Positions 47,307 to 56,215 are shown, counted from the first letter of the stretch. The stretch: DNA of 64,000 bases from an uncultured bacterium (GCA_947085985.1 CAMTYL010000003.1:362108-426107); one strand, 5' to 3'. Numbers and translations: made by a program. The notes: a model not told the origin generated them from the sequence alone.

Positions 47307-48002
47307 CTACTGTCCGTCTTGTTCAAGGTGGAATGGCTTGGGAATTTCCTTATCTAAAATCTCGCGCTGCAGGTACTTCGCCTTGGTGCGAATAGTCGCA
47401 CCCTTCTCTGGTGCTCGGTCCTTGGTGGCCTCCATGCGCTTTTGTTCAAGCCAGCTCTCTAGTCGTCGCTTTTCACGCTGCTGTTTTTCATATGCTTCTG
47501 CAATACGTGCTTGTACCTTCTCTCGCTCAACGAGATAGTCCGAGTAGTTTCCTGTGAAGGAACTAATTGATTTAGTTGCAGGGTCTATCTCAAGAATTCG
47601 CGTGACACGTGCCGCATGCATAAGCTCTGCATTCTCAGAAGCGATAAGTACTCCACCTCGGAACTGAGCAACGAAACGCTGCAGCGCCTGCATATCAACT
47701 GCAGGGCTCGCTCCATGCGTATCAATGATAAGAACGGTTGGTCTGGCATGAAGTACGCGCGCAAGTGCGTCAGCGCCCCCTTCAAGAATCTCTGGCGAAA
47801 CGTATCCCACGCGCTCCCCGTCGCACGTAATGCTCCCTTCGTCCATCTCGTCCTCGTCCGCTATAACGCGCAAAAAGGCCGTGACATCGCTTGCCCTGGC
47901 ACCAAGCACGCCCACACGCTCGCCAGTGGCTACGACCACATTAACCTTCTCAAAGAGAGGTTCACCGAGGACGTCTACTCTAAGCTGCTTAATAACTATC
48001 AT
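47307..48002 (-). CDS. Degenerate, shortened ABC-F-like protein
   Basis: LFEKVN..V..GERVGVLG N-terminus and FTGNYSDY..ER linker, but no intact Walker A or LSGG motif. Confidence 0.65.
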   Translation of the reverse strand: MIVIKQLRVDVLGEPLFEKVNVVVATGERVGVLGARASDVTAFLRVIADEDEMDEGSITCDGERVGYVSPEILEGGADALARVLHARPTVLIIDTHGASPAVDMQALQRFVAQFRGGVLIASENAELMHAARVTRILEIDPATKSISSFTGNYSDYLVEREKVQARIAEAYEKQQREKRRLESWLEQKRMEATKDRAPEKGATIRTKAKYLQREILDKEIPKPFHLEQDGQ

Positions 48003-48366
48003 GGTCCTCTATTAGTAGCACACTATACGTATGTTGCTACATAGCACTGCCACTTCGCCAAATTTTTCTTACTCAGTTGCCTTTTCAGTTCGCAGTCGAT
48101 GTGCCTCGTATTCGTATGTTCACTCATACAAGTTGCGGGACTAGGAACGCGATTACGCTTCTCGCCCACGAGTCCTAGTTCGTGTATCTTACCAATCTCT
48201 GCACCACAGGAGTACTTCCAATTTCTAATCGCCTCGCTCAAGAAATCTAGGTCGGGCACCGCCTCCTGGTTTTGCCTGCTGGAAAAAATCCGACGTTCAT
48301 ACCCCGCCGGGCATACTGATGCATAAGTCCTAGACGCGAGTGCCCCGCACTCGCTTCCCGAGCCAC

Positions 48367-48408
48367 GCAAAAACCGCCCCTTAGGGCGGCTTTTTGCTGG
48401 CTGCCAGG
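48367..48408 (-). other. Candidate att site: tRNA 3'-end remnant (CCTGGCAGCCA) followed by a terminator hairpin
   Basis: Minus strand CCTGGCAGCCA-GCAAAAAGCCGCCC-TAAG-GGGCGGTTTTTGC; coincides with the switch from core to island genes. No complete tRNA here. Confidence 0.45.
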
Positions 48409-48536
48409 TTTGGACGCGTTCAGAACAATTGACTGGAAGGGTCTCGTCCAAGGCCTCGCATTTATGGGCCCTTGTTCCAGTTTTAAAAAGACCCGCCTTT
48501 GAGGGGCGGGTCTTTTAAGAACAGTCGCATCGCGTG

Positions 48537-49091
48537 TTAGTGCCTAGCGACCAGAAGAGCGTTCGTGGCGACGTCGGCCATGGTCTCGTAGAACGGGAAC
48601 GGTTTTCCGTATGCCTCGCTCAACTCGAAAAGAATGACATCGAGACCGTGGAAGCCAGGGTCTCCACCTACCACCATGCGGACATTCATCGTCTCCGCAA
48701 AGGCAGTGAACTTCCCAATTTCACGGCGGGTGTCCATGGCGTATGGCTCAGGTCCCGGATGAGGTTTGGTGATGCTCTCGCGACCCAGCCAGAAGATGAT
48801 GCAACCCGGCACGGCTGGCTCAAGCCCGGCTTGCTTCAGATAGTGGCGTTCCCACACGAGTTGCCGGTTATCCGCTTGCGAGAACGGTTGATGGAAGTGA
48901 CGCGCCAAACGGTGCGCACCATCCCAACGTGACGGACAGGCAATATTCGCCGACGGCTCCTGAGTCAGAATCTGCTCCGCCATTCCTGACTGCCAGTCGC
49001 CACCACCACGAATGGGGCCGGCGAGAAACAGTAGGGGTGAATCAGTCGTTGGCTGAAGCGCTACGATTTGTTTTGGAACATAGATGGGCAT
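48537..49091 (-). CDS. Nucleoside 2-deoxyribosyltransferase-like protein
   Basis: LFLAGPIRGGGDWQ...Q..WE..YL...IIFWL...TR.EIG pattern. Confidence 0.72.
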   Translation of the reverse strand: MPIYVPKQIVALQPTTDSPLLFLAGPIRGGGDWQSGMAEQILTQEPSANIACPSRWDGAHRLARHFHQPFSQADNRQLVWERHYLKQAGLEPAVPGCIIFWLGRESITKPHPGPEPYAMDTRREIGKFTAFAETMNVRMVVGGDPGFHGLDVILFELSEAYGKPFPFYETMADVATNALLVARH

Positions 49092-49251
49092 ACGCCCTCC
49101 TTTCTTTTAGGTTAAACAAAACCGCCTTAGGCGGGTCTGTTTAACTTATACCACAAATAAGAATTTGAAGTCCTGGAGAAGAATACTCCAGGTGTTCTGA
49201 CGTCCAATTCCCCTACCTGTAGAACCACATACTTAAGGGGTGAAAAAATGG

Positions 49252-49367
49252 GCTGGCCATCTCGAGTTCGAACCGTATAGAACCAAGCCCTGCTTAGTCC
49301 GTTTGGTGAGTTTTCAGAAACCAAAACGACGCGTCTCGTGCACCTAGGAAAGTTACAAAAGTGACAC
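49252..49367 (+). repeat. ~115-bp dispersed direct repeat, copy 1
   Basis: 75/90 identical to 56301-56390, then both end in ACAAAAGTGACAC. Confidence 0.85.
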
Positions 49368-49389
49368 AGGAATGAGGTTTTGGTGTCAC

Positions 49390-50385
49390 TTAAATAGTTA
49401 CACTATCCTGTAACGTTTGGACTCTGGTGGCGAGCTTTCTCGTATTTCCATGAGACATTAGGCCGAAATATGAACTCAGTCGTTCCTTGGACGTATTGTT
49501 CCTGAGCTTCGTAAACATCCTCCTTTTACTTACAGTCCTCAATACCCTGTGATCTGAGAAATGCACCCAGCCAAGAAAGTCCACGCCCGACGCAAAGGAC
49601 TTTATATATACCTTGTCCGGGTGCATGGTTAGTCCAAGATTGGTTTCTAGGAATTCATTCAACTGAGGGATGAGTGATTCAAGGTATCCTCGGTCTTCAC
49701 TGAGGAATACGAAATCATCAGCGTAGCGTATGTAGTACTTTGCCCGGAGACGGTGTTTAACGAACTGGTCGAATTCATTCATATACACGTTCGCGAAGAG
49801 TTGTGATGTGAGATTGCCAAGAGGTAGTCCCGTTTTAGGTGTAACCTCGAAGCTGGAGATTATCTCTCGTAAAAGATTCAGAATGTCTGGATCAGGAATA
49901 TGGGATTCAAGAATGGTCATCAGTTTGTTGTGCTTCATGGAGGCAAAGAACTTCCTGATATCGCACTTCAATACCCAGACCGTTCGAGTGTTATTGCGTC
50001 CTACCTTCTGAGAGAAAGCTTTGAATCTATCGAGAGCTTTATGTATGCCCTTTCCGTCACGACAGGAGTACGAGTCATGGATAAAGGTAGTATCAAAGAA
50101 TGGATATAGTTGGCGATATAGAGCGTGGTGCAGGAGCCGATCACGCACATTAGCCTTATGAATAATGCGAGGCTTGGGGTCAGAGATATTGAAACTTATA
50201 TATCCGCCATTGCGATACGACCTATTCTTTAAATCAGCGTGTAGGTCGAGGACGTGTCCCATGAGATTCGTTTCAAACTCCCGCACATCCTTTCGGGCGC
50301 GTTTTCCGTTCAAAAACTCTCGCCATGCGTCGAGTAGATTCTCCGTCGAGATGATATCTTGATATCTATGTCCGTACGCTCTCAT
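49390..50385 (-). CDS. DGR reverse transcriptase (RT2)
   Basis: KPRII...RDRLLHHA, KCDIRKFF, GLPLGNLTSQ, YIRYADDF, VDFLGW; 331 aa. Confidence 0.97.
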   Translation of the reverse strand: MRAYGHRYQDIISTENLLDAWREFLNGKRARKDVREFETNLMGHVLDLHADLKNRSYRNGGYISFNISDPKPRIIHKANVRDRLLHHALYRQLYPFFDTTFIHDSYSCRDGKGIHKALDRFKAFSQKVGRNNTRTVWVLKCDIRKFFASMKHNKLMTILESHIPDPDILNLLREIISSFEVTPKTGLPLGNLTSQLFANVYMNEFDQFVKHRLRAKYYIRYADDFVFLSEDRGYLESLIPQLNEFLETNLGLTMHPDKVYIKSFASGVDFLGWVHFSDHRVLRTVSKRRMFTKLRNNTSKERLSSYFGLMSHGNTRKLATRVQTLQDSVTI

Positions 50386-50760
50386 ACCTCCAAGGCTACC
50401 CCCCCCCCGACACTTCCAGTGCTAGTGCAGGTCAAAAGTGTGTATATCCTTTGGAACTCTTACGCCGCAAAAATTCCTAAGACCGCTAAGTACTCTCTTG
50501 GTCTCAAGATAGATAATCTGTTTATAGATACGATTGAAGCAATTTCAATTGCCGCATTCCTACAGCGTGCCGAGAAACTTCCCTATCTCAAGAGAGCAAT
50601 TGCGCGAGTCGATACCCTGAAAGTCTTTCTACAGCTTGTATGGGAAATGAAGCTACTAGATACTAAGCAGTATGCGGAGATTTCAGAGAAGCTCTCGGAA
50701 GTAGGAAAAATGCTTGGAGGCTGGTACGGACAGGTAGTAAAGCAAAACTCCCCTGCATAG
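50368..50760 (+). CDS. avd: Avd-like four-helix-bundle accessory protein (DGR2), intact
   Basis: MSVRSHTSKATPPPTLPV...IPK..KYSLG.KID...LKVFLQL.WE.KLL..KQY...EVGKMLGGW; start chosen at ATG 50368. Confidence 0.9.
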   Translation: MSVRSHTSKATPPPTLPVLVQVKSVYILWNSYAAKIPKTAKYSLGLKIDNLFIDTIEAISIAAFLQRAEKLPYLKRAIARVDTLKVFLQLVWEMKLLDTKQYAEISEKLSEVGKMLGGWYGQVVKQNSPA

Positions 50761-50769
50761 GCAGGAGAG
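50744..50769 (-). terminator. Hairpin plus U-tract 12 nt downstream of TR2
   Basis: Minus strand CTCTCCTGC-CTAT-GCAGGGGAG-TTTT; the G-U pair only forms on the minus-strand RNA. Confidence 0.6.
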
Positions 50770-50781
50770 AAATGAAGTAAG

Positions 50782-50915
50782 TTGCGAAGACGGAACACGA
50801 TGCGATTGTCGAGGTTCCACTGATTGTCGGGATTCGTCCAGTTCGTATTGAGCCACTGCTTGCCGTCCGAGTTCCGCTTGACGTTGAAGACGTTCGGGTT
50901 GCCGTCGGAATCGGT
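50782..50915 (-). repeat. DGR2 template repeat (TR2)
   Basis: 134-nt ungapped match to 51274-51407; 21 mismatches, all at TR adenines. Confidence 0.98.
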
Positions 50916-50923
50916 TTGAGCGC

Positions 50924-51135
50924 CACACCATCTGTACCACCACCCCTTGAAAGTTCTTGGGGTTGAATCTTATGTGTGATCGTAATCACCAGTGTGACGC
51001 ACCAAGTATCTTCATTTTTGAAGTTTCTGCATACACCACGCTAGTTCAAATCGTAGTCGGAACTATTCTGGGTTGTATGGATACTGGGTTCGGTAGCAGA
51101 CGAGCCTATGGCTCCCGCGTATTCACCTACTGCCG
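50924..51135 (-). ncRNA. Conserved structured RNA 5' of TR2
   Basis: Homologous to 21856 onward with covariation; the distal boundary is approximate. Confidence 0.65.
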
Positions 51136-51257
51136 TTTTTAAATATACCGTATGTAAATGTAGAAAGTCCCCGGGCGCATCACTGCGGCCGGGGACCCTT
51201 GATCGGAAGGACAAAGTATCAGAGGGACAAAGAGCCGAAGCTCTAGTCCCAAGGATC

Positions 51258-51956
51258 TTAGTCCTGAGTGACCTTGCGAAGACGGAACACGATGCGATTG
51301 CCGAGGCTCCACTGATTGCCGGGATGCGTCCAGTCCGCAATGAGCCACCGCTCGCCGCCCGAGCCCCGCCCGACGCGGAAGACGCTCGGGCGGCCGCCGG
51401 AAGCGGTAATCCGTTCCATCGCGATCCAGAGGACTTCGCCGTTGGGCTGATCCTTGTACTGGTCGCGGATGTGCGGACCCGCTTCCGCCGGAAGCAGTTC
51501 GACGACGTGGCCGTCGAGCCGTTCGGCGTTCTGCGCGCTCCACTCGGCAAGCCGGGTGGGATCGAGCAGTTCGGTCGTGGTCGGCATGCGCTCATAGCCG
51601 AAGTCGGCAGGGGTGAGGATGATCGTATCGATTTCCTCCTCCTTGTCGAGCGTCGTGAAGGCGTGGTTGTTGACCAGGCTCTTGGCGTAGTCGCTGACCG
51701 TGAAGCCAGCTTCGACGCGCTTGATGAGCGCCTTCTTGGCGACGCCGCCGATCAGGAACGTCCGCCACTTGGCGAACGCAGGCGTGACCACCAACAGGGG
51801 CGGTTCGGGCGTCTTCCCTTCGATGACGGCCTGGAGGGCCTTCATCACGTCGTCGAAGTTGGCATAGGAGCCGGACTTCACACGCCGGAACAGGTCGTTT
51901 TGGCGGACGGCGAGCTGACCCAGCTGACCGTCGGTGACAAGAGTCTTGGTATTCAT
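51258..51956 (-). CDS. DGR2 target (variable) protein with C-terminal VR
   Basis: GAGGT RBS before ATG 51956; L.PAE.GP..R.QY.DQP.GE motif, then the VR (TASGGRPSVFRVGR...WSLGNRIVFRLR). Confidence 0.93.
   Translation of the reverse strand: MNTKTLVTDGQLGQLAVRQNDLFRRVKSGSYANFDDVMKALQAVIEGKTPEPPLLVVTPAFAKWRTFLIGGVAKKALIKRVEAGFTVSDYAKSLVNNHAFTTLDKEEEIDTIILTPADFGYERMPTTTELLDPTRLAEWSAQNAERLDGHVVELLPAEAGPHIRDQYKDQPNGEVLWIAMERITASGGRPSVFRVGRGSGGERWLIADWTHPGNQWSLGNRIVFRLRKVTQD
51274..51407 (-). repeat. DGR2 variable repeat (VR2)
   Basis: Relative to TR2: A>G 16, A>C 4, A>T 1; no other differences. Confidence 0.98.
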
Positions 51957-52008
51957 GATATACCTCGTCGTGACAGTACTTTGCCGTTCAAGCTCACCAG
52001 TGTTCGGG

Positions 52009-52058
52009 TTCGCCACAGCGGAGAATGGCCTAGATAAGCCGCTCTTCGCTGTGGCGAA
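52009..52058 (-). promoter_or_regulatory. Conserved leader hairpin upstream of DGR2 target
   Basis: TTCGCCACAGCG...CGCTGTGGCGAA 12-bp perfect stem; homologous to 22847-22896. Confidence 0.75.
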
Positions 52059-52090
52059 TTCGCAAGGTTTTCAAGGAACAAGTCCGTACC

Positions 52091-52119
52091 ACAGTATCAC
52101 AATATACGGGTAAAGTCAA
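52091..52119 (-). promoter_or_regulatory. Probable sigma70-type promoter of the DGR2 cassette
   Basis: Minus strand TTGACT-17 nt-TACTGT at a position equivalent to the DGR1 promoter. Confidence 0.55.
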
Positions 52120-52162
52120 GTCATTTTGACCGTTCCCGCTCAGAAGAATATCCTTATCAAAT

Positions 52163-52322
52163 ATGAGCCAAATAGTTATCGGGGTCGTCATTGCCGTTAT
52201 ATCGGCCATCATCATTTCCCTATTCCGAATTGGTGGAAATCAGAACGTAACGGTACATCACGTACAAAGCACTCATCGTGCTGGGACTCTTTGGAAACTA
52301 ATGATTGTTCTAGGCTGGGGCA
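52163..52322 (+). pseudogene. Truncated membrane-protein N-terminus
   Basis: MSQIVIGVVIAVISAIIISLF...WKLMIVLGWG; the second TM breaks off where the terminase-like fragment begins. Confidence 0.45.
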
Positions 52323-52460
52323 GTGAAGTTCCCTCGCGAAGGAGCGGAGCAGCTTATTCAGCAGATCGTACACTTTGGTGTCGAGAAGCATGACGACCTT
52401 GCAGACGCGTTCTCTGCTCTCGTCTTGGACGCGATTGCCGATCCTCCAAGAACCTTCAGG
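52323..52460 (+). pseudogene. Phage terminase large subunit, C-terminal fragment
   Basis: VKFPREGAEQLIQQIVHFGVEKHDDLADAFS resembles the F...HDD..DA end of terminase nuclease domains. Confidence 0.65.
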
Positions 52461-52648
52461 AGGAACTCTGTAAAAGCAGGATCGTCTTTTGAAACCTCTA
52501 TATCAATATCTATATCAGTAAGGTTCCGGGGTACTCCGTATGCATAACAAGCGAAGCCACCTGTTATACACCAACGCAGATTCAGTTTATCCAGAATTGG
52601 GATAATGAATGAGAGCGCTTCGTGTGCTTTTTGTTGTTCAGGAGTCAT
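52460..52648 (-). pseudogene. Nucleotidyltransferase-like N-terminal fragment
   Basis: W.ITGGFA..AYG..R...DIDID motif; the frame then runs into antisense terminase sequence. Confidence 0.65.
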
Positions 52649-52652
52649 AAGG

Positions 52653-53150
52653 TTAGTTGTTTTGAGCTTCCTCAAAGAAGAGAATTTCTCGTGGAAGAAT
52701 ATACTCTCCCTCCCATTGTGTCGGGGTGCTTTCACTCAATAACCGCATTACTTCTTCAATCGGGAGCCATAGAGTCTGAAAACCTCTTTCTTTTTCACTC
52801 TCAGTTAGTTGAGGTTCACCCTTATCCCCTACTAACTTTGCAAGATAGCAATATGAAATCTGCTTTTCATTATCTTCCTTCCAATATTCAGTCGTAAAGC
52901 CAAGTTCCCGTATCACCTCAATTTCGCATCCTATCTCTTCCTGACATTCTCGGTTAAGGGCAATAATCTTATCTTCATCGCCTTCTAGTCCACCACCAGG
53001 AAGCTTGTAGTAGTTATCTCTACTTACATTTAGTAAGGCGATTAATCCTTGGTCATCGGATACGATTGCTCGCGCTGCTTCTCGTATTTTGTATCCCGAA
53101 GCTTCTTCGTGAGAGACATTTCTAGGATTAATTAGGCCAAGATCTTTCAT
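52653..53150 (-). CDS. NUDIX hydrolase
   Basis: LPGGGLEGDE....ALNRECQEEIG Nudix box. Confidence 0.92.
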   Translation of the reverse strand: MKDLGLINPRNVSHEEASGYKIREAARAIVSDDQGLIALLNVSRDNYYKLPGGGLEGDEDKIIALNRECQEEIGCEIEVIRELGFTTEYWKEDNEKQISYCYLAKLVGDKGEPQLTESEKERGFQTLWLPIEEVMRLLSESTPTQWEGEYILPREILFFEEAQNN

Positions 53151-53153
53151 AAC

Positions 53154-53876
53154 TTAAAACTTTTTAAACCATTTGACCGTCGCCTTATATAAAGCTTCTT
53201 GCTTCCCGTCTTCTGAGAAATTATGATGAGCGCCCTTTATTACTACAAGTTCTTTCTTCTGGGTAGTTCCCTTGAACATCTTCTGTGCGCCATCTAGGTT
53301 TCCATCTATATTGTCGTCTACAGTGATGTAAGAAATTGGTTGCTCGAATGTCTTGAGTAGATCAACAGATTTGATTGTGTGGGAATCCTTGGCCATCTGC
53401 TCACCGACGACAATGTAGTACCCGAAATCAACGAGGCGACCTTTTGGCTTCTCAATACGTTCAGGCATATCAACATGGTTCGTGGGAAGTATAGAGCCGT
53501 CCCAAGCGGCAACTGCCGTAAAGCTTCGGTCTTTGGTATGAAGAATTGATGGGAATCCGTAGCTGTGTCCTGTGATGAAGATCTTCTTCGCACCCTTAGA
53601 TTTCAAGTACTTTAGAACAGAATCAATATCCTCTCCGTGCGTCGAGAAAGTGGTCTCATCCAGTCTCCTTGAGCCCTTTTCCCAAGCATATAGATTGAAT
53701 CGTAAAGATGAGAATCCCTGCTTTTCAAAGTATCGAGCTGCGTTATATTGCAACGCTGTATTCATATCTCCTGCCAGGCCATGTACTTGCACGATGACAG
53801 GTTTACGCAAAGAACCGCGAAGAATGGCCTGAATGGTCTTCCCTCCAGTGGTCTTTATTTTGAGTACCTTTTCCAT
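53154..53876 (-). CDS. Alpha/beta hydrolase
   Basis: VHGLAG, GHSYG nucleophile elbow, GAHHNF. Confidence 0.88.
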   Translation of the reverse strand: MEKVLKIKTTGGKTIQAILRGSLRKPVIVQVHGLAGDMNTALQYNAARYFEKQGFSSLRFNLYAWEKGSRRLDETTFSTHGEDIDSVLKYLKSKGAKKIFITGHSYGFPSILHTKDRSFTAVAAWDGSILPTNHVDMPERIEKPKGRLVDFGYYIVVGEQMAKDSHTIKSVDLLKTFEQPISYITVDDNIDGNLDGAQKMFKGTTQKKELVVIKGAHHNFSEDGKQEALYKATVKWFKKF

Positions 53877-53923
53877 ATCTTAATTGTATCGCAGGCACCC
53901 GAAAAGGAAACGACGTGTTCTAA

Positions 53924-54364
53924 TCACTGAATATCCTGTTTGGGAGCATTGGGGAAATTGACCTCATCCCAGAGCGAAACGATCTGTGGCTTCAGCATCC
54001 AGTACGCCCTTCCTTCTGGAGTATTCGCAAGCACTTCTTGTAAACGCTCTGGTTTATCTCCAAACTTATTTCCGTATAGCTGATTAACCCTCTCAACATC
54101 ATCAAGAGCAACTTCAAATGCCTCTCCCACTATTTGCACTGCTTGTTTATGTTCTGAATCATGCACTACAGTGGCGGCTGCTTTTGGATTGTTTAGTATC
54201 TCCTTAGAGTGCTGTCGGGAACGTGCCGAAGTCCAATAGAGATTACCCTCCTCATCAGCGACAAAGTATACGTTACAGATCCACGGACCATTCTCGCCCA
54301 CAGTCGCCAACTGCATAAGCTTGTTAGCACTTAAAAATTCTTTGAGGATATCCTTCGGGTTCAT
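53924..54364 (-). CDS. Pyridoxamine 5'-phosphate oxidase-like FMN-binding protein
   Basis: MQLATV....PW.CNVYF...LYW.S..SRQHS.EI..NP pattern. Confidence 0.85.
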   Translation of the reverse strand: MNPKDILKEFLSANKLMQLATVGENGPWICNVYFVADEEGNLYWTSARSRQHSKEILNNPKAAATVVHDSEHKQAVQIVGEAFEVALDDVERVNQLYGNKFGDKPERLQEVLANTPEGRAYWMLKPQIVSLWDEVNFPNAPKQDIQ

Positions 54365-54684
54365 AAGGCAACTATATCTGCAACGATCTCAGGAAAAGTT
54401 GCATCGTTAAAATGCTTTCTGTCTTCAAAGATTCGAGTCTGCGCCGAAGGTAGTTCCTTGTGGTATCGCTCAAAGTTACTGAACGGAACACTCTCATCGT
54501 CTTTGCTATGGTAGAGAATTATTTCGCCTCCTTGTCTTTCCAGATCAGAAAGATCGGTCAGGATATTGAAGTCTACATACGGATGGTCGTCCAGAGCGTT
54601 GTATGGAGCTGCCACTAAAAGCGTGGCTTTTATCTTCATTGGGTACTTCTCCTCGGAGAGATACTTTGCGAGGAATATTCCACC
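54361..54684 (-). pseudogene. RBBP9/YdeN-like alpha/beta hydrolase, 5'-truncated
   Basis: GGIFLAKYL...LVAAP...HSKDD.SVP...HF; the expected GHSLG nucleophile just upstream is replaced by antisense recombinase sequence. Confidence 0.7.
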
Positions 54685-55222
54685 GTATGCCGGAAAACAC
54701 GAACCGATCATAAGCCAGGAGCTTTTTAGAAAGGTTCAGGAAAAACTAGACACCAACACACATGAGAGCAAGGGCGATAAAGAATTCGCTTTCACCAAGC
54801 TCATGAAGTGTGGCATGTGTAAATCAGGCGTAACGGCTGAAGAGAAATACAAAAATCTTGCTGATGGATCAATCAGAAAGTACATCTACTACGGGTGCAC
54901 CAAATTTCATGACAAGAACTGCAAAAACACTTACTTACCTGAAACTGATCTAATCTATCAGCTTACTGAAATTATTGATCGCATAGACATCAATCAGGTC
55001 GGTGTTAAGGATAAGCTTGAAAAAGAGATCGAACGCTATGTAGATTTCAGAAGTAAGGTTTTAGGAATGACCGAGGATGACAAGATACGCCAGAATCGTC
55101 TAGATATTCGAGGCTACATGAAATACATTCTTGAGAAAGGTGCGATTCAGGAAAAACGAGAATTAATGCAATCGTTTACGAGCCGACTAATACTCATTAA
55201 TAAAAGAGTTGTACTGGAGTAA
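54685..55222 (+). pseudogene. Large serine recombinase, C-terminal fragment (recombinase end plus zinc ribbon)
   Basis: Y.GKHEPIIS.ELF.KVQ, F..LMKCGMC, YIYYGC......C; no catalytic N-terminal domain. Confidence 0.85.
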
Positions 55223-55231
55223 GTGTGAAAT

Positions 55232-56215
55232 TTATTTAGTAAGCACCTCTACCAATGAGTCTAAATTCTCAGAAAGATATTTGATTCTCTTGTGATCGTC
55301 AAAGAGGAAATGGTCTACACGAGTATTTCCTTTCAGGTAATGCTCACTCTCTACCCAGAAACCGTGAATGGTTTTAACGAAGTAAAGCTGCAAACCTCTT
55401 TTAATCTCATCTTTCGATATCGGGTAAACGCTTGAGTACGCATCTATATATTTTCTCGCATTCTCCAAATCAGCTTTTGTAACGTCTGCGGAGAGAAGTC
55501 CGTATATCATCGACCTGAAGATTTCATATGTTCTAGGAGAATAGTTTGTCTTCTCAAGATCAAACACCCACTTCACCTTGTCCTCCTCATCAAAGAAGAC
55601 ATTATGATCAAGATAGTCACCATGTATCAAATGGTCGCAGTTTAAGCCCAAACTCTCAAAAGTCATTGTGTTTTTTAAAAGAAGCCCCTTTTTCATCTGC
55701 ACATTTTCAAGCGCAACTTTATCAAAATCACTCAGAAGGCTGACCTCTGATATTTTAACTAAGATATCTTCGATCTTCTTAAATGTCTTTTCTTCATTCT
55801 CAATCTTAAACTGATCGTCTATAGCCAGTTTTGATTCTTTGCCGAGGAGATGAATCTTTCCCAACATTTGACCAAGAGAAATAATGGACGCTTCAGTCAG
55901 ATTACCCCTTTCAAGATGCTTGCCTTCGACAAAAGGAAATAGTGCGTAATAAGCACCATCATGTTCAAAAAATGTATTTCCATCTAAAAGTGATATAGGA
56001 AGAATCACTGGAATACCACCGTCAGCAAAATACTTTTTGGAAGCATGGACTTCGGCAATTCGATTAGAGTTATCAAACCTGTACTTCTTTAAAAAGAACC
56101 TGGTCGTTCCGTCTGAAAGAAAATAATTATCGCTTAAAAAGCCTCTTGTTACCTTTTCAGAAGAGGAGACGTTGGTTCCATACAAATGATTTATTTTTAC
56201 TAAAATCTCTTCCAT
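55232..56215 (-). CDS. APH / homoserine kinase type II-like phosphotransferase
   Basis: LG.MLGKIH and IHGDY...NVFF.......FDLE motifs; start at ATG 56215. Confidence 0.88.
   Translation of the reverse strand: MEEILVKINHLYGTNVSSSEKVTRGFLSDNYFLSDGTTRFFLKKYRFDNSNRIAEVHASKKYFADGGIPVILPISLLDGNTFFEHDGAYYALFPFVEGKHLERGNLTEASIISLGQMLGKIHLLGKESKLAIDDQFKIENEEKTFKKIEDILVKISEVSLLSDFDKVALENVQMKKGLLLKNTMTFESLGLNCDHLIHGDYLDHNVFFDEEDKVKWVFDLEKTNYSPRTYEIFRSMIYGLLSADVTKADLENARKYIDAYSSVYPISKDEIKRGLQLYFVKTIHGFWVESEHYLKGNTRVDHFLFDDHKRIKYLSENLDSLVEVLTK

Larger units (their letters stand above)
49390..52119 (-). mobile_element. Diversity-generating retroelement DGR2 (same architecture as DGR1)
   Basis: RT, avd and a TR/VR pair with adenine-only mismatches. 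Confidence 0.97.

Noticed and set aside
48023-48451. 142-aa minus-strand ORF
   Set aside because: Crosses the hairpin and candidate att junction, has no recognisable motif, and is probably spurious.
22164-51407. Cross-targeting between TR1/VR2 or TR2/VR1, or extra VRs in this window
   Set aside because: No alignable similarity seen by eye. Remote targets elsewhere in the genome cannot be excluded.
51108-52037. 309-aa plus-strand ORF opposite DGR2 target, and long ORFs opposite target 1
   Set aside because: Antisense shadows of GC-rich genes. RBS, promoter and VR frame all support the minus strand.
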